Assembly (NCBI GenBank): GCA_965219685.1
Contig: CBDCOH010000002.1
Location: 1,856,001 to 1,920,000, forward strand
Length of the DNA stretch: 64,000 bases
Reading direction: 5' to 3'
Origin: Candidatus Spongiisociaceae bacterium
GTDB taxonomy: Bacteria; Actinomycetota; Acidimicrobiia; Spongiisociales; Spongiisociaceae
Notes under the pieces: generated by a model
What the model was told of the DNA's origin: nothing
Database searches by the model: none
Seen by the model: only the letters and a program-made list of their open reading frames with translations
Translations under genes and position numbers: made by a program
In this document: piece after piece, positions 8,946 through 19,365 of the stretch
Layout of the letters: each line of letters starts with the position of its first letter
Numbering within the stretch: the stretch's first letter is position 1

Positions 8946-10459
8946 CAGTCATTGAACGCCCCAGCATCGACTTCCTCACCCGGCCCAAGCGTCTCTTCAT
9001 CGGAGGCGAATGGGTCGACGGAACCGACATCTTCCTGACCAGCGACCCCTCAACGGGGGAGGTACTTGCTGAGATACCCGTCGCCGGTCCGGACCAGATC
9101 GACCAAGCCGTGGCAGCTGCCCGGCATGCGTTCGACAACGGTTGGCGGGACATGGCGCCGACCGAGCGCCAGCGGCTCATCTGGGGTCTCGGCGACCTGC
9201 TCGACGAGCACAGGGACGAGTTCGCGGTGCTCGAAGTCCTGGACAACGGCAAGCCGCTGTGGGAGGCGGAGCTGGTGGATATCGCCCTGTCGATCGAGAT
9301 CCTCCGGTACTACGCCGGTTGGGCCACCAAGATCCACGGCGACCTGCTCCCGAACAGCATCCCCGGGCTGATCAGCCTTCGCAAGCGCGAACCGATCGGC
9401 GTGGTTGGGGCCATCGCGCCCTGGAACTTCCCGCTGCTGGAGATCATCTACAAGCTCGGTCCGGCGCTGGCGGCCGGTTGCACGGTCGTGGGCAAGCCCG
9501 CCTCGTGGACACCGCTCACCACGCTGCGCTTCGCGGAGTTGGTGAACGAGTCCGGGATCCCGCCGGGAGTGATCAACATCGTCACCGGTCCGGGTCCCGA
9601 CGTGGGTGCCGCGATCGCATCGCACCCGGGAGTCGACAAGGTGGCCTTCACCGGTCAGACCAGCACCGGCCAGCAGATCCTCAAACAGGCCATTCCCTCC
9701 CTCAAGCGCGTTTCGCTGGAGCTGGGGGGCAAGAGTCCGAATGTGGTGTTCGCCGACGCCCACCGGGAGGCGGCAATGGCGGGCGCCTTCGGTGGGATCT
9801 TCTTCAACCAGGGCCAAGCCTGCGTGGCCGGTTCCCGGCTCTTCGTCGAGGAGAGGATTGCCGACGAGTTCGCCGAGGAGTTGACCGCGAAAGCGCGGGG
9901 TGTGCGTCTCGGCCAGGGCCTGAATCCCGATTCGCAGATGGGTCCGCTGGTCTCGGCCTCCCATCGGGAAACGGTGAAGGGCTACATCGACACCGCCTCC
10001 GGAGGAGGCGCCGAGGTCGTGGTCGGCGGCCGCGACGCCACAGTTGAAGGTCTCGAGAGCGGCTTCTTCCTCGAGCCCACGGTGGTGGACCGGGTCACCA
10101 ACGACATGACGGTCGCCCAGGAGGAGATCTTCGGACCGGTGGTGTCGATCCTGCGGTTCTCGGATTGGGACGAGCTCATCTCGCTGGCCAACGACGTCCG
10201 GTACGGCCTGGCAGCCGGCGTTTGGACCTCGGATGTCAACAAGGCGCTGAAGTTCGCCGACGCGGTCCGGGCAGGCACCGTATGGATCAACACCTACGGC
10301 ATGTTCGATGTTGCGGTGCCGTTCGGAGGTCAGAAGATGTCGGGGTTCGGTGGTCGCGAACTAGGCGAGGAGGCGCTCGACCCCTACCTGCAGTCCAAGT
10401 CGATCTGGATCGACACCGAGGCGGTGATCCCGACGCAGGGGCAGGGCATCTCCCGCTGA
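8942..10459 (+). CDS. NAD(P)-dependent aldehyde dehydrogenase
   Basis: PWNFP, FTGQT, LELGGKSP, FFNQGQACVAG, EEIFGPV. Confidence 0.95.
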   Translation: MTVIERPSIDFLTRPKRLFIGGEWVDGTDIFLTSDPSTGEVLAEIPVAGPDQIDQAVAAARHAFDNGWRDMAPTERQRLIWGLGDLLDEHRDEFAVLEVLDNGKPLWEAELVDIALSIEILRYYAGWATKIHGDLLPNSIPGLISLRKREPIGVVGAIAPWNFPLLEIIYKLGPALAAGCTVVGKPASWTPLTTLRFAELVNESGIPPGVINIVTGPGPDVGAAIASHPGVDKVAFTGQTSTGQQILKQAIPSLKRVSLELGGKSPNVVFADAHREAAMAGAFGGIFFNQGQACVAGSRLFVEERIADEFAEELTAKARGVRLGQGLNPDSQMGPLVSASHRETVKGYIDTASGGGAEVVVGGRDATVEGLESGFFLEPTVVDRVTNDMTVAQEEIFGPVVSILRFSDWDELISLANDVRYGLAAGVWTSDVNKALKFADAVRAGTVWINTYGMFDVAVPFGGQKMSGFGGRELGEEALDPYLQSKSIWIDTEAVIPTQGQGISR

Positions 10460-10616
10460 CCGGCCACCCCCGGCTGGATGGTTTCCAGGCCGGGAGCGCG
10501 CCCCGCTACCAGTGGTCTGCCTGCGAATTGGCGGCGCGCCGCGCGGCGCTATCCGGCGGACAGACCACCAGCGATCATCTATCGTTTCGGGACAAGTGGA
10601 GGGAAGGAGAATCGGG

Positions 10617-11477
10617 GTGGACAAGCTGGTACGACCTGGTTGGCTCGAGGAGAACCTGGCGGCCCCTGACCTGCGCATCCTCGACTGCTCGGTGGTCTTC
10701 GAGAGACCGGGCGGTGTGCTCAACATCGAAAGCGGCCGGGAACGGTGGAATCAGGAGCACATACCGGGAAGCGTCCACGTCGATCTCATGACCGAACTCG
10801 CCGACCAGACCGCGGAACTCATGTTCATGATGCCGCCCGCCGAGCAGTTCGTGTCGGTCATGGAGTCGGTCGGGGTCGGCGACGGTACGAGGGTCGTCCT
10901 CTACGACTTCGATATCAACATGTGGGCCGCCCGGGTCTGGTGGATGCTTCACTCCGTGGGGTTCGACGAGGCAGGTATCCTCGATGGGGGCCTTAGGGGC
11001 TGGAAGGCCGGAGGCCGGTCGGTCACGGCTGATCCCGCGCCGCGGCATCCCCGGGCCTCACTCACCCTCCGGCCACGCCCGGGCATCTTCGTGGGCAAGC
11101 AAGAGGTCCTCGCCGCTATGGAGGACGACGACGTAACCATCGTCGACGCCCTGCCTGCAGCTCACTACAACGGGGAGACCCAGTACTACCGCCGCCGGGG
11201 TCACATCCCGACCGCGGTCAACGTACCGGCCGGCTCCCTCGTCGATCACCGCACGCACGCCTACGCCGAGACCGATGAACTGCGCAGTCTGGCAGCCCCC
11301 GCGCTCGAAACCGGGGCCAGCCAGACAATTGCCTACTGCGGAGGAGGAATCTCCGCGGCGAGCACCGCATTCGCGCTGTCCCTGCTCGGTGAAGAGCACG
11401 TTTCGATCTACGACGCCTCCATGGGCGAGTGGACGAGGGATCCCTCGTTGCCTCTCGAGGTCCCGCCTGCCGGTTGA
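10617..11477 (+). CDS. Two-domain rhodanese / sulfurtransferase (SseA-like)
   Basis: HIPGS, AARVWW, GHIP, YCGGG, YDASMGEW; GTG start after AAGGAG. Confidence 0.9.
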   Translation: MDKLVRPGWLEENLAAPDLRILDCSVVFERPGGVLNIESGRERWNQEHIPGSVHVDLMTELADQTAELMFMMPPAEQFVSVMESVGVGDGTRVVLYDFDINMWAARVWWMLHSVGFDEAGILDGGLRGWKAGGRSVTADPAPRHPRASLTLRPRPGIFVGKQEVLAAMEDDDVTIVDALPAAHYNGETQYYRRRGHIPTAVNVPAGSLVDHRTHAYAETDELRSLAAPALETGASQTIAYCGGGISAASTAFALSLLGEEHVSIYDASMGEWTRDPSLPLEVPPAG

Positions 11478-11486
11478 TCGATCGCG

Positions 11487-12701
11487 GTGCCGCGCAGCGA
11501 GATGAGAGAAGTGGGCGCTGATCGGACAGCCAGGGCCGCGATCGAGTCGCTGGATCTCGACCTCGCGGTCGATCTGTGCCGGCAGGTATCGCGCATCCCG
11601 AGCGTGCTCGGCGAGGAGGGTCCCCTAGCCGAGTTCATCGCCGCCACGCTGCGGGATCTCGGGTTCGAGCAGGTCGAACTCCAGCCGGTCCTTCCGGGCC
11701 GGCCCAACGCCATCGGAGAACTGTCCTTCGGTCCGGGCCGGCGGGTGGTGCTCACCGGCCACCTGGATACCAAGCCGGTTTCCCACGGCTGGACCGTGGC
11801 CGAGCCGTACTCCGGTGATCTCGTGGACGGGCGCGTGTACGGGCACGGGATCATGGACATGAAGGGGGCCCTCGCCTGCCAGATCGCGGCCCTCACGGGA
11901 CTGAGGAGCGCCGGGATCCCGCTCACCGGGACGGCCGCCCTCGCGGCGGTGTCGGACCACATGGGTGAGCAACGGGGTTCGATCGCATACTTCGAGGCTC
12001 ACCCTGCCGATCTGTGCGTGCTCGGTGAGTTAAGCGAGAGCACCATCTGCCTGGGCCACCGGGGCCGCTACTACTTCGACATCCACGTGTACGGGCGCTC
12101 GGCGCACACCTGCCACAAGTACGACGCGGTGAACGCCAACTACCTCGCCGCTCTGGCGGTCCTCGAGTTGGACCGGTCCCGGCTGGAACCCGACCTGGAA
12201 CCGTGGGTGGCGGACATGTTCGGCAAGGAGACGTTCATGTCCCCTGGCCGTATCTACGGCGGACTCCCTCCTGGCGGTCCGTCCATGATCCCCGACGAGT
12301 GCGTGATCAGGGTCGACTGCCGGCCCCAGCCCGGGGTGAGCAAGGCGACCGTACGCGCCGAGATCGACCGCGCACTGGCAGCCGCGGCGGCGAAGGACAC
12401 CCGGTTCAGAGCCGACGTGGTGCTGGCCGACGAGAAACCCGGTCATCTCGTGGATCGAGACTCCGAGGTGGTGCGCCTGATGCGAGAGGCTGTCCGCGCT
12501 GCCCGGCCGGGACACGAGCCCTCATTGCGGGTGGAGGGCTGGCTCGGCGACACCTCCAGCTTCGGACCCCTGGTCGAGACGGTGATCTTCGGTCCGGGCG
12601 GAGAGCCCGTCTACTCGGCCGACGAGAACCTATCGGTCGACGACATACACGACGCGACGAAGGTGTACGCCGCCTTCGCCGCCCTGGCCCTCTCGACGTG
12701 A
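11487..12701 (+). CDS. M20 family metallohydrolase (ArgE/DapE-like deacylase)
   Basis: GHLDTK, GRVYGHGIMDMKG, GRSAH, VIFGPG. Confidence 0.85.
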   Translation: MPRSEMREVGADRTARAAIESLDLDLAVDLCRQVSRIPSVLGEEGPLAEFIAATLRDLGFEQVELQPVLPGRPNAIGELSFGPGRRVVLTGHLDTKPVSHGWTVAEPYSGDLVDGRVYGHGIMDMKGALACQIAALTGLRSAGIPLTGTAALAAVSDHMGEQRGSIAYFEAHPADLCVLGELSESTICLGHRGRYYFDIHVYGRSAHTCHKYDAVNANYLAALAVLELDRSRLEPDLEPWVADMFGKETFMSPGRIYGGLPPGGPSMIPDECVIRVDCRPQPGVSKATVRAEIDRALAAAAAKDTRFRADVVLADEKPGHLVDRDSEVVRLMREAVRAARPGHEPSLRVEGWLGDTSSFGPLVETVIFGPGGEPVYSADENLSVDDIHDATKVYAAFAALALST

Positions 12702-13660
12702 ACTACCCCGGTTTCGACGCCGTACTCGAATCCTGCCTGCGAGTGCGACCGGGTGAAGAAGTCCTGCTGCTCACCGACGAGGGGACGGATGCGGACGTCG
12801 TAGCCGGTCTCGTAGAAGGAGTGACCGCGCGGGGCGCCATCCCCCTCGTGTCCAGGATGCCGATGCCCTACATACCGGGCTCCGAGCCACCTCGGGCCGT
12901 GGCTGCGGCTCTACGGTCATCGGGAGCGGCCATCGAACTGACCAGCCTGTTCGTCGGGTCGAGCCGGGCCCGCCAGAGGGCTTCCGCGGCCGGCGTTCGA
13001 TATCTTGCCATGCCGGGCGTCGAACTGGACACGTTCCGCGCCGGAGGACCTCTGACCGTGGACTTCGACTCGCAGCGCGCGGTCGCCGTCGCGATCGGTG
13101 CAGCCTGGGATCGCGGCTCCAGTTTCAGGCTGACCAGCGCCGCCGGTACCGATCTGCGTGGCTCGGTGGCGAACCGCGCCGGCCGGGTCCTCGACGGCAT
13201 CGCAAGAGCCGATGGGCAGTACATGGCGCCTCCGGACATCGAGGCCGGAACCGCGCCCGTCGAGCAGACCACCTCGGGGGTGGCCGTGATCGACGGCGAT
13301 CTCCTGTTCATGGGTCGAGGCCCCCTCCCAGAGCCGGTCGTCATGCACTTCGACCGCGGACGGATGGTGGGCACCGACGGCGCCTACAAGGATCGCCTTC
13401 TCGAGATGATTGCTCGCTGCGACGACGACCGGATGAGCAATCTGGCGGAGGTGTCCATGGGCCTGAACCCTCTGGGGAGGATCTGCAGCGTCCCGATGGA
13501 GACCGAGTCGGCACTGGGAACGGCCCACATCGCACTCGGTAACTCCATCGCCTACGGGGGCACTGTCAATGCAGCCGCTCATCTCGACTGCGTGATGGCG
13601 GCCGCCACCTTGGAGATCGACGGCGAGGTGGTGATAAGCGACGGGGAACTCCGGCCATGA
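12698..13660 (+). CDS. Peptidase M29 / aminopeptidase T-like protein
   Basis: GTG start overlapping upstream stop; NLAEVSMGLNP, GTAHIALG, AHLDCV. Confidence 0.7.
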   Translation: MNYPGFDAVLESCLRVRPGEEVLLLTDEGTDADVVAGLVEGVTARGAIPLVSRMPMPYIPGSEPPRAVAAALRSSGAAIELTSLFVGSSRARQRASAAGVRYLAMPGVELDTFRAGGPLTVDFDSQRAVAVAIGAAWDRGSSFRLTSAAGTDLRGSVANRAGRVLDGIARADGQYMAPPDIEAGTAPVEQTTSGVAVIDGDLLFMGRGPLPEPVVMHFDRGRMVGTDGAYKDRLLEMIARCDDDRMSNLAEVSMGLNPLGRICSVPMETESALGTAHIALGNSIAYGGTVNAAAHLDCVMAAATLEIDGEVVISDGELRP

Positions 13661-14061
13661 GCAGGCCCCGCATCCTGCTGGCCAAACCCGGTCTCGACGG
13701 CCACGACCGCGGCGTGAAGGTCATCGCCATGGCACTTCGGGATGCGGGAGCGGAAGTCATCTTCCTCGGGCTCCGGCAGTCACCGGAGCAGATCGTCACC
13801 GCCGCGATCGAGGAGAGCGTGGACGTGATCGGTGTCTCGTTGCTGTCCGGAGCGCACGTGGCGCTGGCAAGACGCTTGGTGGAGGAACGAGCCAGGGCCG
13901 GCATCGCCGACGTCCCGATAGTCATCGGCGGAACCATTCCGCAGGCGGATGTCGACCTGCTCACACACATCGGGATACATGGGGTCTTTCCGGTGGGATC
14001 TCCCCTCGACGTTGTGGTGGACGGGATGTTCCGTGCGGCGTCTGCCGGCATCCCCCGATGA
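13657..14061 (+). CDS. Cobalamin-binding small subunit of acyl-CoA mutase
   Basis: GLDGHDRG (DxHxxG), SLLSGAH, GGTIP. Confidence 0.92.
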   Translation: MSRPRILLAKPGLDGHDRGVKVIAMALRDAGAEVIFLGLRQSPEQIVTAAIEESVDVIGVSLLSGAHVALARRLVEERARAGIADVPIVIGGTIPQADVDLLTHIGIHGVFPVGSPLDVVVDGMFRAASAGIPR

Positions 14062-15650
14062 TCGACGAACGCCACACCGACTCCGGAATCCCGGTAGCGC
14101 CCCTCTACACAGACGCCGACGTCGAGGGTCTCCTGCCGGACCGGCATCTCGGGTTCCCCGGCCAACCACCCTTCACCCGGGGTCCGTACGAGACGATGTA
14201 CCGCGGTCGCCTGTGGACGATGCGCCAGTTCGCCGGGTATGGCAGTGCCGAGGACGCCAACGAACGCTTCCGATTCCTGCTCGAACAGGGCCAGACCGCT
14301 CTTTCGGTTGCCTTCGACCTCCCGACCCAGCTGGGCTACGACTCGTCACATCCCATGGCCCAGGCCGAGGTCGGTCGGGTGGGAGTGGCCATCGATACCG
14401 CCGACGACATGGCAGACCTCTTTCACGGCCTACCCCTCGACAAGCTCTCGGTGAACCTCACCATCAACGCCACGGCACCGATCATCCTGGCGTTCTACCT
14501 GGTGGCGGCCGAACGCCAGAACGTGTCGTACGCGGACCTGTCCGGAACCCTCCAGAATGACCTGCTCAAAGAGTTCCTGGCCCGCAAGGCGTTCATCTTT
14601 CCCCCGACGGAGTCGATGCGGCTCGTAGCGGACATCGTCGAATGGTCCTCAACCCACCTGCCGCGGTTCAACCCGATCTCGGTAACCGGATACCACGCCC
14701 GGGAGGCGGGTTGCAATGCGGTGCAGGAACTGGGCCTGACGATGTCCTCCGCCATCGCCTATGCCGAGGAGCTGCTGGCCCGGGGGCTTCCCTTCGACTC
14801 TTTCGCACCCAGGTTCTCGTTCCACTTCGCCACCACCATGAACCTGTTCGAAGAGGTCGCCAAGCTGAGGGCGGCCCGGCGCCTGTGGCACGACATCGCC
14901 ACTGCCCGTTTCGGAGCCGACGACCCCCGCTCGGCCCGGCTTCGTTTCTTCTCCGGGAACTCGGGCACCACCCTCACCGCCGCCCAACCGCTCAACAACA
15001 TCATCCGCTCGACCATCCAGTGCCTGGGCGCGGTACTCGGCGGCGCCCAATCCATACACGTGATGGGCTACGACGAGGCCTACGAACTACCCACCGAGGA
15101 GGCCGTGACCCTCTCGCTCCGCACGCAGCAGATCGTGGCCCACGAATCGGGGGTCGCCGACACCGTAGACGCCCTGGCGGGTTCCTACTACGTCGAGTGG
15201 CTCACCAGCGAGGTGGAGCGTCGGGCCCGCCGGGTCATGGCCGCGGTGGAGGATCTGGGGGGCGCCGTCAAGGCGCTGGAGGCCGGTACACCCCAGCGCT
15301 GGATAGCGGAGGAGGCCTACAGGACGGAGCGGAACATCGCCGACGGATCGAGGGTGCGGGTAGGTGTGAACCGGTACGTGGACGATTCGGACACGCCGGA
15401 CGAACCCCGGCTGTTCACGCTGGATCCCGAGATCGGCGAGCGTCAGATCGCCCGGACGGAACGGAGAACGGCCACCCGGGATGACCATTCAGCCGGCACG
15501 GCACTCCAAGTTCTGCGGCAAGTCCTGCGCAGGGGAACGAACGTCATGCCCCCGATCCTGGAATGCGCGAGGGCCGGGGTCACGCTCGGTGAGATGAGCG
15601 ACGTGATGAGGGACGAGTTCGGCGAGTTCCGCGAACCGAGCCCCTGGTGA
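14058..15650 (+). CDS. Methylmalonyl-CoA mutase family large subunit (two-subunit type)
   Basis: PFTRGPY, WTMRQFAG, AFDLPTQ, QNDLLKEF, GYHAREAG, LRTQQI, GVN. Confidence 0.92.
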   Translation: MIDERHTDSGIPVAPLYTDADVEGLLPDRHLGFPGQPPFTRGPYETMYRGRLWTMRQFAGYGSAEDANERFRFLLEQGQTALSVAFDLPTQLGYDSSHPMAQAEVGRVGVAIDTADDMADLFHGLPLDKLSVNLTINATAPIILAFYLVAAERQNVSYADLSGTLQNDLLKEFLARKAFIFPPTESMRLVADIVEWSSTHLPRFNPISVTGYHAREAGCNAVQELGLTMSSAIAYAEELLARGLPFDSFAPRFSFHFATTMNLFEEVAKLRAARRLWHDIATARFGADDPRSARLRFFSGNSGTTLTAAQPLNNIIRSTIQCLGAVLGGAQSIHVMGYDEAYELPTEEAVTLSLRTQQIVAHESGVADTVDALAGSYYVEWLTSEVERRARRVMAAVEDLGGAVKALEAGTPQRWIAEEAYRTERNIADGSRVRVGVNRYVDDSDTPDEPRLFTLDPEIGERQIARTERRTATRDDHSAGTALQVLRQVLRRGTNVMPPILECARAGVTLGEMSDVMRDEFGEFREPSPW

Positions 15651-16855
15651 CCGGCGGAGGCATGCTGGACGGGATCCGGGTGGTGGACCTCACCAGATTC
15701 GTCTCGGGGGCCTACGCCTCCTTCATACTGGCGACCCTCGGCGCCGAGGTGCTCAAGATCGAAGGCCCGTCCGGAGGCGACCCCTACCGGGGTCAGGGAG
15801 CCGCCCGGATCGGGAACGAGTCCGTGCTGTTCATGACCCTCAACAGCGCCAAGAAGAGCATCGCGCTCGACTTCCGGGCGGAGGACGCCCGACCTGCGAT
15901 GGAAGCACTGCTCGCTTCTTCCGATGTCATTCTCGAGAACGGACGACCGGGCAGCCTCGCCAAATACGGACTCGACTACCCCTCGGTCCACGCCCGGCAT
16001 CCCTCGATCGTGTACGGGTCGGTTTCCGGGTTCGGAGATGTGGGACCTGACGCCACGAGGGGCGGGTTCGATCTCATCCTGCAGGCCTCGGGCGGTCTCA
16101 TGAGCGTCACCGGCCACGAAGCGACCGGACCGGCCAAGATAGGGGCCCCGGTCACGGACGTTGGCGCCGGCCTCGCCTGTGTAGTCGGCGTGCTCGCCGC
16201 CCTCGCCGAGCGGGAACGAACCGGGCTCGGGCGACAGGTCTCCACCTCGCTGCTCGAGTTCTCCCTGGCCGCGCTGGCCACGGTCGCCACGCCGTACCTG
16301 GTGAACGGTGAGCTACCAGGCCTGTTGGGCAGCCACTCCCCCACGTTCGCGCCGTACGGCGCATTCCGGGCCCGCGACGGCCACTTCGTCGCCGCCGGCG
16401 CCGGATCGGAGGCCCTGTGGCAACGTTTCTGCAGGACGATCGGTGCGCCACAACTGATCGAGGATCCCCGCTTCGCCGACAACGCCTCACGTGTGGCCGC
16501 TCGAGACGAACTGACAGCCGAGATCGAGTCGGTCACCATGAGCAGGGACGTGTCCGAGTGGCTGACCCTCTTCGAAGAGGCCCGTGTCCCCGCTGACCGC
16601 ATCAACGACATCGGCGGTGTGCTGGACGGACTCCAGGCGCGGGCGCTCGGCGCGGTTCAGACCCTGGTCCACGACACGGCCGGTTCCTACCCCGCGATCG
16701 GCCTCCCGCTCCGGATCGACCGCCACCCGCTGCCCATTCCCCGGCCTGCGCCGCTGCTCGGCCAGCACACGCGGGAATCACTCCTGCAGGTCGGGATTGA
16801 ACCGGACGATGTCGAAGCGCTCATCGCCGGCGGAACGGCGGCCGAGCCGGAATGA
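15647..16855 (+). CDS. CaiB/BaiF family III CoA-transferase
   Basis: LDGIRVVDLT, KIEGPSGGD, NSAKKS, GFDLILQA, APLLGQHT. Confidence 0.92.
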   Translation: MTGGGMLDGIRVVDLTRFVSGAYASFILATLGAEVLKIEGPSGGDPYRGQGAARIGNESVLFMTLNSAKKSIALDFRAEDARPAMEALLASSDVILENGRPGSLAKYGLDYPSVHARHPSIVYGSVSGFGDVGPDATRGGFDLILQASGGLMSVTGHEATGPAKIGAPVTDVGAGLACVVGVLAALAERERTGLGRQVSTSLLEFSLAALATVATPYLVNGELPGLLGSHSPTFAPYGAFRARDGHFVAAGAGSEALWQRFCRTIGAPQLIEDPRFADNASRVAARDELTAEIESVTMSRDVSEWLTLFEEARVPADRINDIGGVLDGLQARALGAVQTLVHDTAGSYPAIGLPLRIDRHPLPIPRPAPLLGQHTRESLLQVGIEPDDVEALIAGGTAAEPE

Positions 16856-17949
16856 TCGAGGACGCAGCCAGAGCCGTCCTCGAACGAACCGTCGAGTTGG
16901 CAGCTGTCCCGGCGCCACCCCTGGACGAAGCAGACCGGGCGAGGGTCGTAGCCCGATGGTGGCGCGCCGACGGACTGGAACCGCGGATCGATCGGGCGGG
17001 TAACGTCGTCGCCCGGGTTCGCAGAGGGGAAGGTGCGGCGACCTTCGTGGCCGCCCACCTCGATACGGTCTTCGGCCGGGACGTCCGCCACAGTGCCGAG
17101 CGGCGCGACGGCAGGCTCTACGGCGTCGGGGTGGGAGACAACACCGTCGCCGTCGCGGCGCTGTCCCTTCTGGACCGGCTCCTGCCACCGAGTATGTCCC
17201 GCCCGGTGTGGATCGTGGCCACCACCGGCGAGGAGGGCCTCGGCAACCTTGCCGGGGCCCGGCATCTGGTGAAGCATCCTCCGGACGAGATCGGGGGATT
17301 CATCGCACTGGAGGGGAACTACCTCGGGCGGGTCGTGACAGTCGGGGTCGGATCGATCCGGTGGCGCGTGGAGCTCGCAGGTCCGGGAGGCCACGCGTGG
17401 GAGGCTGCCGACAGCCCCAGCGCCATCCACGACCTGGCCAGGATCATCACCGGCCTGGAACGGCTGCTTCCGGACGCCCGCAGCCGCGCCCGGTGCTCCC
17501 TCAATGTAGGCCACATCGAAGGCGGCGAGTCGATCAACGCCCGTGCTCGCCGCGCCGCGTTCCATGTCGACATCCGCTCCGCCGACTCGCTGGTCCTTTC
17601 CGATCTCGACGCCGCGGCCCGCCAGGTGGTGGACAAGGAGACATCTCCGTCGGTGACGGTGCTCTACGAAGCACTGGGGAAACGGCCCGCCGGTTCGGTC
17701 GCCGAGACGCATCCCCTGGTGGGGGCAGCTGACGCTGCCCTGACCGCTATCGGATTGGATCCCCAGCATGTCGCGACCAGCACCGACGCCAATGCCGCCT
17801 ACGCAGCCGGGATTCCAGCTGTCACCATCGGCATTACGCTCGGATCCGGGGAGCACACGCCCCACGAATGGATAGAGACCGAGCCGGTCGGAGCCGGACT
17901 CACCGCCCTGGCCGATACCATCGTCGGGTACGACAGGAAGGCAGGATGA
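16852..17949 (+). CDS. M20/M28 family metallohydrolase
   Basis: AAHLDTVF, GVGDN, TTGEEGLG, GGHAW, STDAN, HTPHEW. Confidence 0.85.
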   Translation: MIEDAARAVLERTVELAAVPAPPLDEADRARVVARWWRADGLEPRIDRAGNVVARVRRGEGAATFVAAHLDTVFGRDVRHSAERRDGRLYGVGVGDNTVAVAALSLLDRLLPPSMSRPVWIVATTGEEGLGNLAGARHLVKHPPDEIGGFIALEGNYLGRVVTVGVGSIRWRVELAGPGGHAWEAADSPSAIHDLARIITGLERLLPDARSRARCSLNVGHIEGGESINARARRAAFHVDIRSADSLVLSDLDAAARQVVDKETSPSVTVLYEALGKRPAGSVAETHPLVGAADAALTAIGLDPQHVATSTDANAAYAAGIPAVTIGITLGSGEHTPHEWIETEPVGAGLTALADTIVGYDRKAG

Positions 17950-17953
17950 TCGC

Positions 17954-18937
17954 ATGCAAACCGGTGTAGCCCTGCAGGGTCGCTACCCTCCCAGCGTCTT
18001 CGAGGACATGGTCCGGGTGGTCGACGGGTGCGGATACGACTATCTATGGCTCACCGACTCCTCGCTCCATACCCGGAACCCCTACATGCACCTAACGTTG
18101 GCCGCCCGGTTGACAACACGCATGGTTCTGGGAACGGCCGTGACCAATCCGCAGACCCGACATCCCGGCATAGTCGCGGTCAACGCAGCCAGCCTCGAGG
18201 AACTGGCGCCCGGGAGGACGATCCTCGGTATAGGGGCAGGCGACCGCCCCCTCCGTTCCCTCGGACTGCGACCTGCCCGCCTCTTGGAGATGCGGGAGTC
18301 GATAGACGCCATCCGGCGGCTCCTCTCCGGTGAGCACGTCACCTACGAGGGCCAGGGGTTCACGATGGACGACGCGCACCTCCGGTTCGATGCCGCCTAC
18401 CACATACCGGTGTTCATCTCGGCGAGCGGCCCCAAGACCCTCGAGTTGGCCGGCGAGATAGCCGACGGCGTTATCTTCCTGGGCGGCCTGTTCCGGGACG
18501 GGGTCGCGTACGGATTGGAACACATCGAGCGAGGCGCCGAGCGGGCGGGACGGTCCCGACCCCACGTGTCCGTGTTCGGATATGGAGCGATCGACGACAA
18601 GGATCCCGCCGGGGCGCTACAGGTAGCCCGCTCGATCGCAGCCTGGTTCCCGCAGACCGCGCCGATGTACTGCGATCTTGCCGGCCTGGACCCTGCCATC
18701 TCAGCCGAGGTGAAGGCTCGCTACGCGGGAGGCGAGTTCCAGGAGGCACTCGCCGCGGCTTCGATCATGCCCGAAGAATTCGTCAAGAAGATGGCCTTTG
18801 CCGGCGACAGCGAGCAGGCGCTGGCCCACCTCCGGACGCTCGACGACCTGGGGGTCGACTCTGTCACCGTGTTCCCCCTCGGTTCGAAGAGGCGGGAGAC
18901 GGTCGAGGCGTTCGCCCGCGTGTTCTCCCGCCTGTGA
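17954..18937 (+). CDS. LLM-class (likely F420-dependent, Mer-like) oxidoreductase
   Basis: GTAVTNPQTRHP, GIGAGD, GPKTLELAGEIADG. Confidence 0.88.
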   Translation: MQTGVALQGRYPPSVFEDMVRVVDGCGYDYLWLTDSSLHTRNPYMHLTLAARLTTRMVLGTAVTNPQTRHPGIVAVNAASLEELAPGRTILGIGAGDRPLRSLGLRPARLLEMRESIDAIRRLLSGEHVTYEGQGFTMDDAHLRFDAAYHIPVFISASGPKTLELAGEIADGVIFLGGLFRDGVAYGLEHIERGAERAGRSRPHVSVFGYGAIDDKDPAGALQVARSIAAWFPQTAPMYCDLAGLDPAISAEVKARYAGGEFQEALAAASIMPEEFVKKMAFAGDSEQALAHLRTLDDLGVDSVTVFPLGSKRRETVEAFARVFSRL

Positions 18938-19365
18938 TGGCCACGGAACCGCCCTCGTCGGCATGGCCGCCCCCCCTCAGGATCCACCACGTTGCCTTCG
19001 CGCACACCGGGGGTTCCGCTCCACACCACCGGTTCGCCGAACTCTTGGGCGTCCCCGTGTGCCACGAGGAGGACGGGCCGGGATTCCTTGAGAGGATGCT
19101 GCCCGTGGGGGACGGCTTCGTACAGACCCTCGAAGCGACCGGGCCGGGTGTGATCGGCAAGTTCGTAGGCAAACGGGGGTCCGCGCTCCACCACATCGCG
19201 TTCGAGGTGGAGGACATCGACGAGTACCTGCAACGGCTCCGCGACTTGGGCGTATGCCTCATCGACGAGCATCCCCGCCCCGGCGGCATGGACACGATGA
19301 TCGCATTCGTCCATCCCCGGGAGTTCGACGGCTTGCTGGTGGAATTGGTGGAAACCCGCCGCTAG
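18934..19365 (+). CDS. VOC-family protein, methylmalonyl-CoA epimerase-like
   Basis: IHHVAFA, LHHIAFEVEDI, FVHPREFDGLLVELVE. Confidence 0.8.
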   Translation: MMATEPPSSAWPPPLRIHHVAFAHTGGSAPHHRFAELLGVPVCHEEDGPGFLERMLPVGDGFVQTLEATGPGVIGKFVGKRGSALHHIAFEVEDIDEYLQRLRDLGVCLIDEHPRPGGMDTMIAFVHPREFDGLLVELVETRR

